Below are positions 1 through 8,389 of a stretch of DNA of 38,544 bases, piece by piece. The DNA is from an uncultured Elusimicrobium sp. (lineage in GTDB: Bacteria; Elusimicrobiota; Elusimicrobia; Elusimicrobiales; Elusimicrobiaceae), in NCBI GenBank assembly GCA_900319325.1, contig ONOD01000001.1, positions 1 to 38,544 of the forward strand. The letters run 5' to 3'. Both the position numbers and the translations under genes were made by a program. Below the pieces are notes generated by a model. That model made no database searches. It was not told the origin of the DNA and saw nothing but the letters and a program-made list of their open reading frames with translations. Position 1 is the first letter of the stretch, and every line of letters starts with the position of its first letter.

Positions 1-162
1 CACCTCGTCCAGATAGCCCAGCTGCGCCACGACGGGATAATGCGTCCCCGGCCCCTTGCGCACGTTGACGTTATTGCCCAGCGAGCGCACGAAGGGACGC
101 TTCTTGCCGCCGACGACCTGCTCCATATCCTCAAGCGAGATTTCACACATCATGTCATCCAT
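1..162 (-). CDS. Partial ORF: double-glycine-type leader peptide followed by a bacterial SH3 (SH3b)-like domain
   Basis: AGGAGG (176-171) lies 8 nt before ATG at 162. Translation MDDMMCEISLEDMEQVVGG|KKRPFVRSLGNNVNVRKGPGTHYPVVAQLGYLDEV. EISLEDMEQVVGG fits the GG-leader consensus and NVRKGPGTHYPVV fits the SH3b NVRxGPGTxY motif. Confidence 0.6.
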   Translation of the reverse strand, partial: MDDMMCEISLEDMEQVVGGKKRPFVRSLGNNVNVRKGPGTHYPVVAQLGYLDEV

Positions 163-501
163 GGTCATATCCTCCTGGTCTCTTTTCAGCGTCACGCTTT
201 GATCTTCGGTTTGGGTATAAACATAGTGCTTCGCCCGCATGAACTCATCCAGCCGGGAAGCAAATTCATTCTGTGTCAACTCGATGTCAGCGTCAGACAT
301 TTGATTGAGCCGCTGCAAAAAGGCTACTCCTACGCCCGTTAAGATAATGAGGTAGAAATAAACGTCGGTTTGACGGCTGGCTCCAAAATATAGGGCCAGT
401 AAGAGCGCGTTGAAAAAGGAAACGGCCTTCCACACAAACGTAGCGCCTACGGACAAAACCGTACCCTTTTTGTAGGAGGTGGGCTTAAAAAGCGTTTTCA
501 T
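1..501 (-). CDS. Partial ORF open at the left edge: N-terminus (about 301-501) of a MurJ/MviN-like flippase, continuing in frame into unrelated sequence
   Basis: Not in the ORF track; translated by hand from ATG at 501: MKTLFKPTSYKKGTVLSVGATFVWKAVSFFNALLLALYFGASRQTDVYFYLIILTGVGVAFLQRLNQ. The 'ALYFGASRQTDVYF' segment resembles the MurJ TM1-TM2 'A.YFG....DA(F/Y)' motif. No stop codon down to nt 1, but the sequence after nt 300 is hydrophilic and not MurJ-like. Confidence 0.6.
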   Translation of the reverse strand, partial: MKTLFKPTSYKKGTVLSVGATFVWKAVSFFNALLLALYFGASRQTDVYFYLIILTGVGVAFLQRLNQMSDADIELTQNEFASRLDEFMRAKHYVYTQTEDQSVTLKRDQEDMTMDDMMCEISLEDMEQVVGGKKRPFVRSLGNNVNVRKGPGTHYPVVAQLGYLDEV

Positions 502-514
502 ATTTAGTATTATA
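502..514 (-). promoter_or_regulatory. Consensus -10 box (TATAAT) 7 nt before the murJ-like ATG; probable leaderless promoter
   Basis: Minus strand reads TATAAT-ACTAAAT-ATG with no Shine-Dalgarno in between. Confidence 0.55.
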
Positions 515-531
515 TTATTTTAGGAGATTTT

Positions 532-1974
532 ATGACCGAATTTGAACCTGTTATTGGACTTGAGATCCACGTACAACTTGCTAGTCATACCAAACTATTT
601 TGCGCCTGTCCCAACGGGGTGGGCGAAGATACAAAACCAAATACGGCAGTCTGCCCAATTTGCTTGGGGCATCCCGGTGTGATGCCGGTACTTACGGAGG
701 GAGCGCTGGAACTAGCGGTGCGTGCTGGGCTGGCAATGAATTGCCGAACCAATAAATACTCCTCTTTTTCGCGCAAACACTATTTCTATCCGGATTTACC
801 CAAAGGATACCAAATCACACAATATGATGAACCTATTAACGGGGCCGGATATATTGAAATCACTTACGGGCCCAAAGATAATTTACAGAAGAAAAAAATC
901 GGTATTCACCACGCTCACTTAGAAGAAGATGCGGCCAAATCTTCTCACGAGGCCGAATATTCTCTGGTGGATTATAACCGGGCCGGAAGTCCGCTTTTGG
1001 AGATTGTTTCCTTGCCGGATATGCGTAGCCCCGATGAGGCTTATGCGTATCTAACGGAAATCAAACGCTTAATGCGCTGGGTGGGGGCGTCCAACTGTGA
1101 TATGGAAAAAGGCGAACTGCGTGTGGACGTAAACATTTCCTTGCGCCCCAAAGGGCAGGAAAAATTTGGCACGCGCGCGGAAATTAAAAATTTGAACTCA
1201 TTCAAAGGGGTGCGTGAAGCCCTTATTTATGAAATCAACCGCCAGACGGAAATTTTAAATAATGGCGGTCAAGTAAAACAGGAAACCCGTCAATGGGATA
1301 AAGTAGAACTGGTTACCAAGCCGATGCGTTCCAAAGAGGACGCATTAGACTACCGTTACTTCCCGGAGCCGGACTTGCCGCCCGTGATTTTACAAGACGC
1401 TTGGCTCAAACAGGTGCAAGAAGGAATGCCCGAGCTGCCAGCTAGCAAAGAAGCGCGTTTTATGAAGGCAGGATTGTCTGCTTATGATGCGGGGGTGCTG
1501 ACCTCTTCGCGTGAAATTTCCAACTATTTTGAAGAGGTAACCCAAAGCGGTAAAGTATCTTTGAAAACCGCCTCTAACTGGATTCAAACGGATTTGTTGG
1601 GGCTTTTGCACGCTGAGAAAAAGGAGATTGAAGACTCTCCTATCCCGGCCGCGAAACTAGCCGAACTGTTGGAACTTGCCGAAAGTGGCAAAATCAACCG
1701 CAAACAGGCGCGCGAAGTATTTGAAGAAATCTACAAAAACGGCGGAAACCCAGCAGAAATTGTAGAGAAACGCGGCATGGTGCAAGTAAGTGACGCGGGC
1801 CAGTTGGAAGAATGGGCCAAGGCCGCCATTAACGCCAACCCCAAGGCAGTGGCCGATTATCAAAAAGGCAATAAGGCCGCTATTGGTGCTTTGGTGGGGG
1901 GAGTTATGAAACTTAGTAAAGGCAAAGCCAACCCCAAAATCATCAGCCAATTGCTGGCCAAATTGTTGGGATAA
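532..1974 (+). CDS. gatB: Asp-tRNA(Asn)/Glu-tRNA(Gln) amidotransferase subunit B
   Basis: IGLEIHVQL, RKHYFYPDLPKGYQITQ, DYNRAGSPLLEIVS, EIKNLNSF and DYRYFPEPDLP motifs; C-terminal YqeY-like domain; AGGAG RBS. Confidence 0.98.
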   Translation: MTEFEPVIGLEIHVQLASHTKLFCACPNGVGEDTKPNTAVCPICLGHPGVMPVLTEGALELAVRAGLAMNCRTNKYSSFSRKHYFYPDLPKGYQITQYDEPINGAGYIEITYGPKDNLQKKKIGIHHAHLEEDAAKSSHEAEYSLVDYNRAGSPLLEIVSLPDMRSPDEAYAYLTEIKRLMRWVGASNCDMEKGELRVDVNISLRPKGQEKFGTRAEIKNLNSFKGVREALIYEINRQTEILNNGGQVKQETRQWDKVELVTKPMRSKEDALDYRYFPEPDLPPVILQDAWLKQVQEGMPELPASKEARFMKAGLSAYDAGVLTSSREISNYFEEVTQSGKVSLKTASNWIQTDLLGLLHAEKKEIEDSPIPAAKLAELLELAESGKINRKQAREVFEEIYKNGGNPAEIVEKRGMVQVSDAGQLEEWAKAAINANPKAVADYQKGNKAAIGALVGGVMKLSKGKANPKIISQLLAKLLG

Positions 1975-1992
1975 AATCGCAAAGATTCCAAG

Positions 1993-2019
1993 AACCGCCT
2001 CTTGAACTGAGGCGGTTTT
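1993..2019 (+). terminator. Rho-independent terminator after gatB
   Basis: AACCGCCTC-ttgaact-GAGGCGGTT hairpin followed by a T-rich tail. Confidence 0.8.
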
Positions 2020-2036
2020 GCTTTGGTAAAAATATA

Positions 2037-2066
2037 TTGACCTTTATTTGGTAAAGTTGCTATCAT
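2037..2066 (+). promoter_or_regulatory. Putative sigma70 promoter of pal-cpoB-tolB
   Basis: TTGACC, 18-nt spacer ending in TGc, then TATCAT (extended -10). Confidence 0.55.
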
Positions 2067-2107
2067 TTATATGTAGAAGTTACACAACATCTATAACGGA
2101 GAAATAA

Positions 2108-2611
2108 ATGAAAAACTTACTTAAAGTAGTCCTCGTATTAGCTGTGGCCGCTGGTTTGACTGCCTGCCACAAAAACGTAAAAAATGATGCCAACGACGAA
2201 ACCGTGGTGACCGTTTCCGAAACGGTAGTATCTGAAGAAGATGTGGAAATTCCCGCTCAAGAAGTTGCTTTAGGCGTGGTACACTTCGATTTAGACAAAG
2301 CCACCTTATCCGCTGACAATCGCAAAATTGTAGAAGCCAATGCCCAAGCTATCAAAGCGGCTGCTTCTTCCGTCTCTAACTATCAAGTAGTAGTAGAAGG
2401 CAACTGCGATGACCGCGGTACCACCGCTTATAACATTGCGTTAGGCCAAAAACGTGCCGAAGAAGTAAAAGCTTATTATGTGCGCTTAGGTGTTCCGGCC
2501 AACAAAGTAGCCACTGTTTCTTATGGCGAAGAAAAACCGGTTTGCTACGAAGCTACCCAAGCCTGCTGGGCCCAAAACCGCAGAGCCGATACGCTTTTAC
2601 AAGCTAACTAA
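2108..2611 (+). CDS. pal: Peptidoglycan-associated lipoprotein Pal (OmpA-C domain)
   Basis: Lipobox LTAC; VHFDLDK, EGNCDDRGTTAYNIALGQKRA, SYGEEKP and NRRA motifs. Confidence 0.95.
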   Translation: MKNLLKVVLVLAVAAGLTACHKNVKNDANDETVVTVSETVVSEEDVEIPAQEVALGVVHFDLDKATLSADNRKIVEANAQAIKAAASSVSNYQVVVEGNCDDRGTTAYNIALGQKRAEEVKAYYVRLGVPANKVATVSYGEEKPVCYEATQACWAQNRRADTLLQAN

Positions 2612-2645
2612 TCTATTCGTTTAACGACAAGGAGCCCGACCATCT

Positions 2646-3368
2646 ATGAAAAATATTTTTACACTTATTTTAATAGGGGGTGCGGGCTCTTTGCTTAGTG
2701 GCTGTTTCTTGGCTAGTCAGCAAGATATGAGCGCTCTACAAGGGCAGCTTAGAGAGCTCAATACCACCATTACCCAAATGCAGGCCAATCAGGCAGAACT
2801 GGCCAGCAAAATGGATGAGCTGAACCAAAATTTGGCTGTTTCCAATGAAAATTTGGCCCAATCCGGTAGTCAATTTTCCAGTTTGTCGGCTAAATTAGAT
2901 GATATTGCTGCGTTGGTAAAGAACCGCCCGGCTTCATCTGCTGCAGTAGACGAGGAAACAGAACCAGTTCAACAACCGGCAACCGCGGCCGTTTTGCCGT
3001 CCGATTTGTTTGCCGAAGCTAAAAATCACCTGGACAAAGGCGCGTATGAAGCTGCCGCTACCGGGTTTAAGTTGTATATTGCCAAATATCCGCAAAGCGA
3101 GAACACGGAGCAAGCCTATATGTATATGGGGGATGCGTATATTGCGGCTGGGCAAACTAAAAAAGGGGCTGTGGCTTACGCTACGATCCTTCAAAAATTT
3201 CCTACTAGTAAATTAACCCCCGCCGCGCGTTTAAAATACGCGCTTAGCATTGTTCCCTTGGGCAAAACAGAGGAAGCTAAACGCTATCTGTCTTCTGTAG
3301 TGGCGGATTTCCCTAAATCGGCAGAAGCCACCCAAGCTAAGGCCGAACTTGCCAAGCTTTCCAAATAA
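2646..3368 (+). CDS. cpoB: Tol-Pal coordinator CpoB/YbgF (lipoprotein signal, coiled coil, TPR)
   Basis: LSGC lipobox, heptad coiled coil, then TPR repeats with KYPQS/KFPTS/DFPKS turns; lies directly after pal. Confidence 0.85.
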   Translation: MKNIFTLILIGGAGSLLSGCFLASQQDMSALQGQLRELNTTITQMQANQAELASKMDELNQNLAVSNENLAQSGSQFSSLSAKLDDIAALVKNRPASSAAVDEETEPVQQPATAAVLPSDLFAEAKNHLDKGAYEAAATGFKLYIAKYPQSENTEQAYMYMGDAYIAAGQTKKGAVAYATILQKFPTSKLTPAARLKYALSIVPLGKTEEAKRYLSSVVADFPKSAEATQAKAELAKLSK

Positions 3369-3381
3369 ACGGGTTTTTAAT

Positions 3382-4686
3382 ATGATGAAACGTTTTTATG
3401 CTTTTTTGACCGCAGGAATTTGTCTGTGTGGTGCGGTGTTGTGTATGGCTGCCCCTAAAACAGATGTGTATATTGGGATTACCTCTGTAGGTAAACAGAA
3501 ACTTCCCACAATTGGGATGCCGGCATTTACAACAGCAGATGAGCAAAGCAAATCTGCGGCGGAACAAGTGCACGACGTTATGCGTAGCGATTTGTTGTTT
3601 GCCCGTTATTTTGATGTAACGGAAGAAGGCCCCGCTTTTGATACTAACAAAGTAAAAGAATCTCTTAAAGAATGGGCCAAACAACCAGCTAAGCCCAGTT
3701 ATGTTTTGACGGGAACTATTTCTTATACTGAGCCTTACTACACGATTAAAGTCTATGTGTATGATATGGCCACTCGTACAGCTGTTTTTGCCAAAGCGTT
3801 TAAGGGAACTCAAACTAGTTTGCGTCGGCTGGCACATATTGCGTCGGATCAAATAGTGGCTTCTTTGCTTGGTAAACGCGGCATTGCCGATACAAAGATT
3901 GCTTTTGCCAACAACGCCACCAAACATAAAGAAATTTATGTAGTAGACTATGACGGCCAAAACTTGCAAAAATTAACCAAGGATAATTCCATTTCCTTAT
4001 TGCCGCGCTGGAGCAAGGACGGACGTATCTTCTACACGTCCTATAAGTACCGTAATCCGGATATTTTTGCAATTGACTTGCGGGCCGGTAAAATTTCCCC
4101 TATCATCATCAAGAAAGGACTTAGTCTGATCGGGGGGGTTTCCCCAGATGGCAAAGCCCTTGTATTTACAAGCTCCGGCGGTAATAATCCCAGCATTTAT
4201 ATTTACAATCTGGAAACCCAACAAAAAGTACAAATTACCAACAAAACAACAGCGGTTGACGGTTCTCCGTCTTATTCACCGGATGGAAAATATATTACGT
4301 TTGTATCCAACCGCGCCGGAAATCCGCAGATTTATGTCATGGAGTTGGCTACCGGGCAAACCCGGCCGCTGACCAAAAAATTTAACTGGTCCGATACTCC
4401 GCAATGGTCTCCCACCGGAGAATGGATTGTGTTTTCCGGCCGGGAAAGTGCCTATCATCCCATGGATATTTTTATTGTAGATCTGACGGGTACGCAAATT
4501 AAACGCTTAACCAGCGATGCCGGCTCTAATGAAGATCCTACCTGGTCACCGGATGGACGTTTTATAGCGTTTACTACCACGCGCAATGGTAGCCGCCAGC
4601 TTTATATGATGGATATGGATGGTAGTGCCCCGCACTTGCTGGCCAACATTAAGGGCGATTCTTTCACCCCGCACTGGAGCTTGTAA
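3382..4686 (+). CDS. tolB: Tol-Pal beta-propeller protein TolB
   Basis: Signal peptide from the ATG at 3382 (preferred over the TTG at 3349), N-terminal alpha/beta domain (LAHIASDQI), repeated PxWSPDG (PD40) blades. Confidence 0.93.
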   Translation: MMKRFYAFLTAGICLCGAVLCMAAPKTDVYIGITSVGKQKLPTIGMPAFTTADEQSKSAAEQVHDVMRSDLLFARYFDVTEEGPAFDTNKVKESLKEWAKQPAKPSYVLTGTISYTEPYYTIKVYVYDMATRTAVFAKAFKGTQTSLRRLAHIASDQIVASLLGKRGIADTKIAFANNATKHKEIYVVDYDGQNLQKLTKDNSISLLPRWSKDGRIFYTSYKYRNPDIFAIDLRAGKISPIIIKKGLSLIGGVSPDGKALVFTSSGGNNPSIYIYNLETQQKVQITNKTTAVDGSPSYSPDGKYITFVSNRAGNPQIYVMELATGQTRPLTKKFNWSDTPQWSPTGEWIVFSGRESAYHPMDIFIVDLTGTQIKRLTSDAGSNEDPTWSPDGRFIAFTTTRNGSRQLYMMDMDGSAPHLLANIKGDSFTPHWSL

Positions 4687-4705
4687 TAATTTACGGTATA
4701 AAATG

Positions 4706-4734
4706 AAACACCCCGGGTTTTCCCCGGGGTGTTT
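4706..4734. terminator. Probable bidirectional terminator between convergent tolB and RDD genes
   Basis: Perfect 12-bp inverted repeat AAACACCCCGGG-ttttc-CCCGGGGTGTTT. Confidence 0.85.
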
Positions 4735-4746
4735 GGTAGTAACAAA

Positions 4747-5574
4747 TTATTTACATTCATCAAATCCGGTTGCGGCACAATCTCCAAAGGGAAAGGCTTC
4801 GCAACAGGCTTGTGTGGCTCCATTTTTTACAAACAAGGTAAACTTATTATTTGTAACCGGGTCCACCACCACGGCACGATAGCCGTCATCATTATAAAAA
4901 TAAGTGACGCCTTCTTCACGCAGCGGGGTACGTAAACCCCGGCCATCCAGTACAAAATTGGACAGACGGCCGGCCGCATTATTGGCCACTACTTGGGTAG
5001 GGCTTAAGGTAAGACGGGAAGTAACCCAACCTGTGCCCAGGGAGAATAATCCCCACAATACACATACCAAGATTAGCCAAAGCCAGCGTGTCTTTGTTTC
5101 GGGGAGTTCTTGCCCGGGTTCAAAATCTTTCTTTACCACATAGGTTTCCGCAATCATATCGTGTAGTGCGCGTTTGCGGTTAGTGAATGCGGCCATGATA
5201 AACCCAATCTGAAAAAATATCGGTGATAAGATTGACTTGCAAAAGAACCGTGCGGTGGCGCGGCCAAAGCCAATGCGTCCGCCATCCTCGCCGACTACTT
5301 TGATTCCCATGATGCGTTTTCCCCAGGTGGACTGTTTGGCACCACTTTCCCAACAGGCAAAATATAACCACGCCAATACCAGTGTTACTAGCTGCCAACT
5401 AAAGATGGTTGCTCCTAAAAGGCTAGTCTGGACCGTTGAGCTACTGGGGGTAGCCTGTAGTACAACCGTTTGCAGCGCTACCATGGGGGCAAATACGAAC
5501 ATGGCAGGTAATGATACGATGATTACATCAATAATTAAAGCAATGGCACGTCTAAAAAAACCACTATAAGGCAT
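4747..5574 (-). CDS. RDD-family membrane protein with an extra TM helix and a Cys-rich C-terminal domain
   Basis: YSGFFRRAIALIID, QSTWGKRIMGIKVV and KRALHDMIAETYVV RDD motifs; AGGAGG RBS. Confidence 0.9.
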   Translation of the reverse strand: MPYSGFFRRAIALIIDVIIVSLPAMFVFAPMVALQTVVLQATPSSSTVQTSLLGATIFSWQLVTLVLAWLYFACWESGAKQSTWGKRIMGIKVVGEDGGRIGFGRATARFFCKSILSPIFFQIGFIMAAFTNRKRALHDMIAETYVVKKDFEPGQELPETKTRWLWLILVCVLWGLFSLGTGWVTSRLTLSPTQVVANNAAGRLSNFVLDGRGLRTPLREEGVTYFYNDDGYRAVVVDPVTNNKFTLFVKNGATQACCEAFPFGDCAATGFDECK

Positions 5575-5603
5575 ATTTCCTCCTGATATGAACTTATTGT
5601 ACC

Positions 5604-6185
5604 TTATTTACCCGCTTTTGTACGCGGTTTGCGAAAGCACCGACGGCAACGTGCTTGATAGGAATCGGTTGTTCCTACTACTATACGTTTGGTGTCTTTG
5701 CTAGTGCGCTGAGTAAAACTGGCAGGATTGCCACACTTAGTGCAGACAGCTAAATTTTTAGTTACAAACTCAGCTTTGGCTAGTAAGGCAGCGGTTACTT
5801 CAAAAGGTTCGGCGCGGTAATCTGTATCTAATCCGGCCACAATCACGCGTTTGCCGCGGCGTGCTAACTCATCACATACATCCACAATTCCTTTGTCAAA
5901 AAAGTTTACTTCATCAATAGCAATCACGTGTGTGTCCTTTTCAACTAACGGTAAAATTTCACTGGAGTGACGAACACAAGTGGCCGCTACTTTGTTTTGG
6001 TTGTGGCTTGTGATGCTGTTAATTCCGTAACGGTTATCAATCGTGGAATTAAATAATTGCACTTTTTGTTTGGCAATAAGTGCAGTGCGTACGCGGCGGA
6101 TAAGTTCCTCGGTTTTCCCCGAGAACATACATCCGCAAATAACTTCTATCCAGCCTTGTTTGTGGTAAATAAGTGGGTTGGTCAT
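5604..6185 (-). CDS. tdk: Thymidine kinase
   Basis: GCMFSGKTEEL P-loop, IDEVNF, AGLDTDY, and CxxC...CxxC zinc site. Confidence 0.97.
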   Translation of the reverse strand: MTNPLIYHKQGWIEVICGCMFSGKTEELIRRVRTALIAKQKVQLFNSTIDNRYGINSITSHNQNKVAATCVRHSSEILPLVEKDTHVIAIDEVNFFDKGIVDVCDELARRGKRVIVAGLDTDYRAEPFEVTAALLAKAEFVTKNLAVCTKCGNPASFTQRTSKDTKRIVVGTTDSYQARCRRCFRKPRTKAGK

Positions 6186-6193
6186 AATTTCCT

Positions 6194-8389
6194 CTAATTT
6201 CGTACGTGCGTGTCATCCATCCAAGGATACCAGTACGTGCTTTGGGCAGTTTGAGAATCTTTATTGCGGCTACCCTGTCCGCATAAAATGTTAAAGCGCA
6301 TCGCAAAGGACAGGTTGTCGTTGCGGTGGCGCACAGTTGCTTCTATGCGTGCATCATGGAAGGTACGTGAAATGCGTAACAGTTTATTAAAGCTATCAAA
6401 GTGGCGTCTGTAGAAGGAGAAATCAATGCCCACATCGGCGGTCCACTTGCTATTTGTAGGGCGATATCCCCACGTGGTAGTAAAGGTAAAACGATCCGCA
6501 TCGGTTTGGTATTTGGAATCAGGGGATACATAGTCTGCAAAATTATTGAACCCCAACCCTACGGTATGTTGATGAATATTAAAATAGGTTTGGGCAATAA
6601 AATTGATATTCTTTTTGGTAAGGTCATATTGGTCCTGTACAAAGCCGTGGAAGAAACCGGAAGGGGACGTATACCCGGTCTCCAAAATGAGGGGTTCTAT
6701 GCGGTTTTTAAGATGATCCCAGGGGAGCTCCTCCAGATAGCCGGTACGCAAGTTCGTAGTGGTATCGGACAGATTAAATCCGCTTTCAAAACGCACATAA
6801 GTTTCCAGAGAGGGACGGAAGTAATGTTTCACGTAAAGGTGATTTTTTTCTATGCCTTTGTCCAAAGAAACATGGTCGGAGGAAAGTGTTCCGGTAGATA
6901 AGCGTTTAGTGAATTCATATCCCACATCAGTACTTCCCAGTCCGGAACGTATCTGCAAGTTTGCATCCGTTCCCAAGCGCCCAACCCACGCGTCCTTTTT
7001 GTCGTAGGTTTCATCGGAGAAAGTAACGGTTTGATCATAAAACACACGCGGAAGGAGCGTAACATAACGGTTCAAACGCAGGGATTTTTCTGTGGTCCAT
7101 TTGGCATGCATTTGGCGTTGATAGTCTCCCTCTTCGGGGATTTTGTCTTGATCGTATTGTAAAGTAGAGGTGTTGGCAAAACCTAACTCAAACCGGTTGG
7201 CAGTTTTGAGCCAAGGGTCATTGAAGGGAAGCAGGTAAAACTTAACTTCCGGCAACATGCGTTCTTGCGCCATGTATTTTTGTTTACTCCACACAAATAG
7301 ATCTCTTTGTTGGTAGCTTACACGTAATGTGGAGCGGCGCGTTTGACGAGAGACGGAAAAGTTTGTGTCTTGATCCGGCATGAAGATATAAGGATTGCTG
7401 CGGAAGAAAGAATCATAGAAATAAGGATCGGACACCATACGAAATTGTGTCTGAAATTGGTACAGGGCTCCTGTACGGTTGTTAAAGTGATTGGAAGAGT
7501 CATACAATTCCCACCAATATCCTCCTTGCAACCCCCAACGTTTGGAATTATTCAAAGAAAAATCTTCATAATCCGCTTTGTCGTCAATAAAATAGAACTC
7601 GCCGGTACCGCGTAATTTATTTGAAGGAACGGCCGTTAACTCGCCGCCAATTCCAAGGCCTGATTTCGTGTAATAATCCAAATTAAGTTTGGGTTTTAAG
7701 GAAAGGATCTCCGGGAAGGTGGTAGTGGTCAGCAGCCCAAATCCGGTTTTGTTGCTTTGGGTAAATTCAACGTAAGTTGTCCACGGTTTTTGAGAGTTAA
7801 GTGAACGCCAAAAAAGAGGCAAATAAAGGATGGGCACGTTATTTAGTCGCAAAATAGCATTGGTGCCAAAAACACGTTGTTTGGGGGAAATGGATAACTT
7901 CCCTACGGAAAGTGTATAGTGCGGGTCGGGCTTGTCACAGCAAGTAACAACGGCTTTACGTAAGATCTTTGTCCCGTTCTTGGAAGAAATTTCTTTAGCG
8001 GATAATACCCGGAGCGGGGGATAATCAGTTGTCATATGAGTAGCGGAAAAATCTTGCGTGGTATAATTGACGGATATATCTTCCCCGGTTACAACTCCTC
8101 CCTTTCCGTCCTCAATTTTGACGGGCCCTTGGGCCTCGATTTGCGTATTTAATTGGTCAAAGGTGATTTTCTCACCGGTAATGGTGCGTGTGTTCCCTTG
8201 TATAGTTTTTTGATGGATCTGCACGTTCCCATCCAGCGTAATTTTTTTAGTTTGCGGTTCTACTTCGGCTTTATCGGCAGAAAAATATACAAACGCCTCT
8301 TCATCCGGGATGGGCAACACTCGTTCGGCACCCCAAATAGGTGCCCAAGCAAGTAATCCTAAAGAAAGAAGCGTAAGTAGTTGTTTCAT
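6194..8389 (-). CDS. lptD: LPS assembly outer-membrane protein LptD (OstA N-domain plus beta-barrel)
   Basis: Signal peptide, beta-jellyroll N-domain (SADK, LDGNVQI), TCCDKPDPHY and VPILYLP motifs, aromatic-rich beta-strands; 731 aa. Confidence 0.8.
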   Translation of the reverse strand: MKQLLTLLSLGLLAWAPIWGAERVLPIPDEEAFVYFSADKAEVEPQTKKITLDGNVQIHQKTIQGNTRTITGEKITFDQLNTQIEAQGPVKIEDGKGGVVTGEDISVNYTTQDFSATHMTTDYPPLRVLSAKEISSKNGTKILRKAVVTCCDKPDPHYTLSVGKLSISPKQRVFGTNAILRLNNVPILYLPLFWRSLNSQKPWTTYVEFTQSNKTGFGLLTTTTFPEILSLKPKLNLDYYTKSGLGIGGELTAVPSNKLRGTGEFYFIDDKADYEDFSLNNSKRWGLQGGYWWELYDSSNHFNNRTGALYQFQTQFRMVSDPYFYDSFFRSNPYIFMPDQDTNFSVSRQTRRSTLRVSYQQRDLFVWSKQKYMAQERMLPEVKFYLLPFNDPWLKTANRFELGFANTSTLQYDQDKIPEEGDYQRQMHAKWTTEKSLRLNRYVTLLPRVFYDQTVTFSDETYDKKDAWVGRLGTDANLQIRSGLGSTDVGYEFTKRLSTGTLSSDHVSLDKGIEKNHLYVKHYFRPSLETYVRFESGFNLSDTTTNLRTGYLEELPWDHLKNRIEPLILETGYTSPSGFFHGFVQDQYDLTKKNINFIAQTYFNIHQHTVGLGFNNFADYVSPDSKYQTDADRFTFTTTWGYRPTNSKWTADVGIDFSFYRRHFDSFNKLLRISRTFHDARIEATVRHRNDNLSFAMRFNILCGQGSRNKDSQTAQSTYWYPWMDDTHVRN

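Noticed and set aside
40-342. Plus-strand 100-aa ORF from the track
   Set aside because: It is the antisense shadow of the minus-strand frame, which carries recognisable motifs and an RBS; it has none itself.
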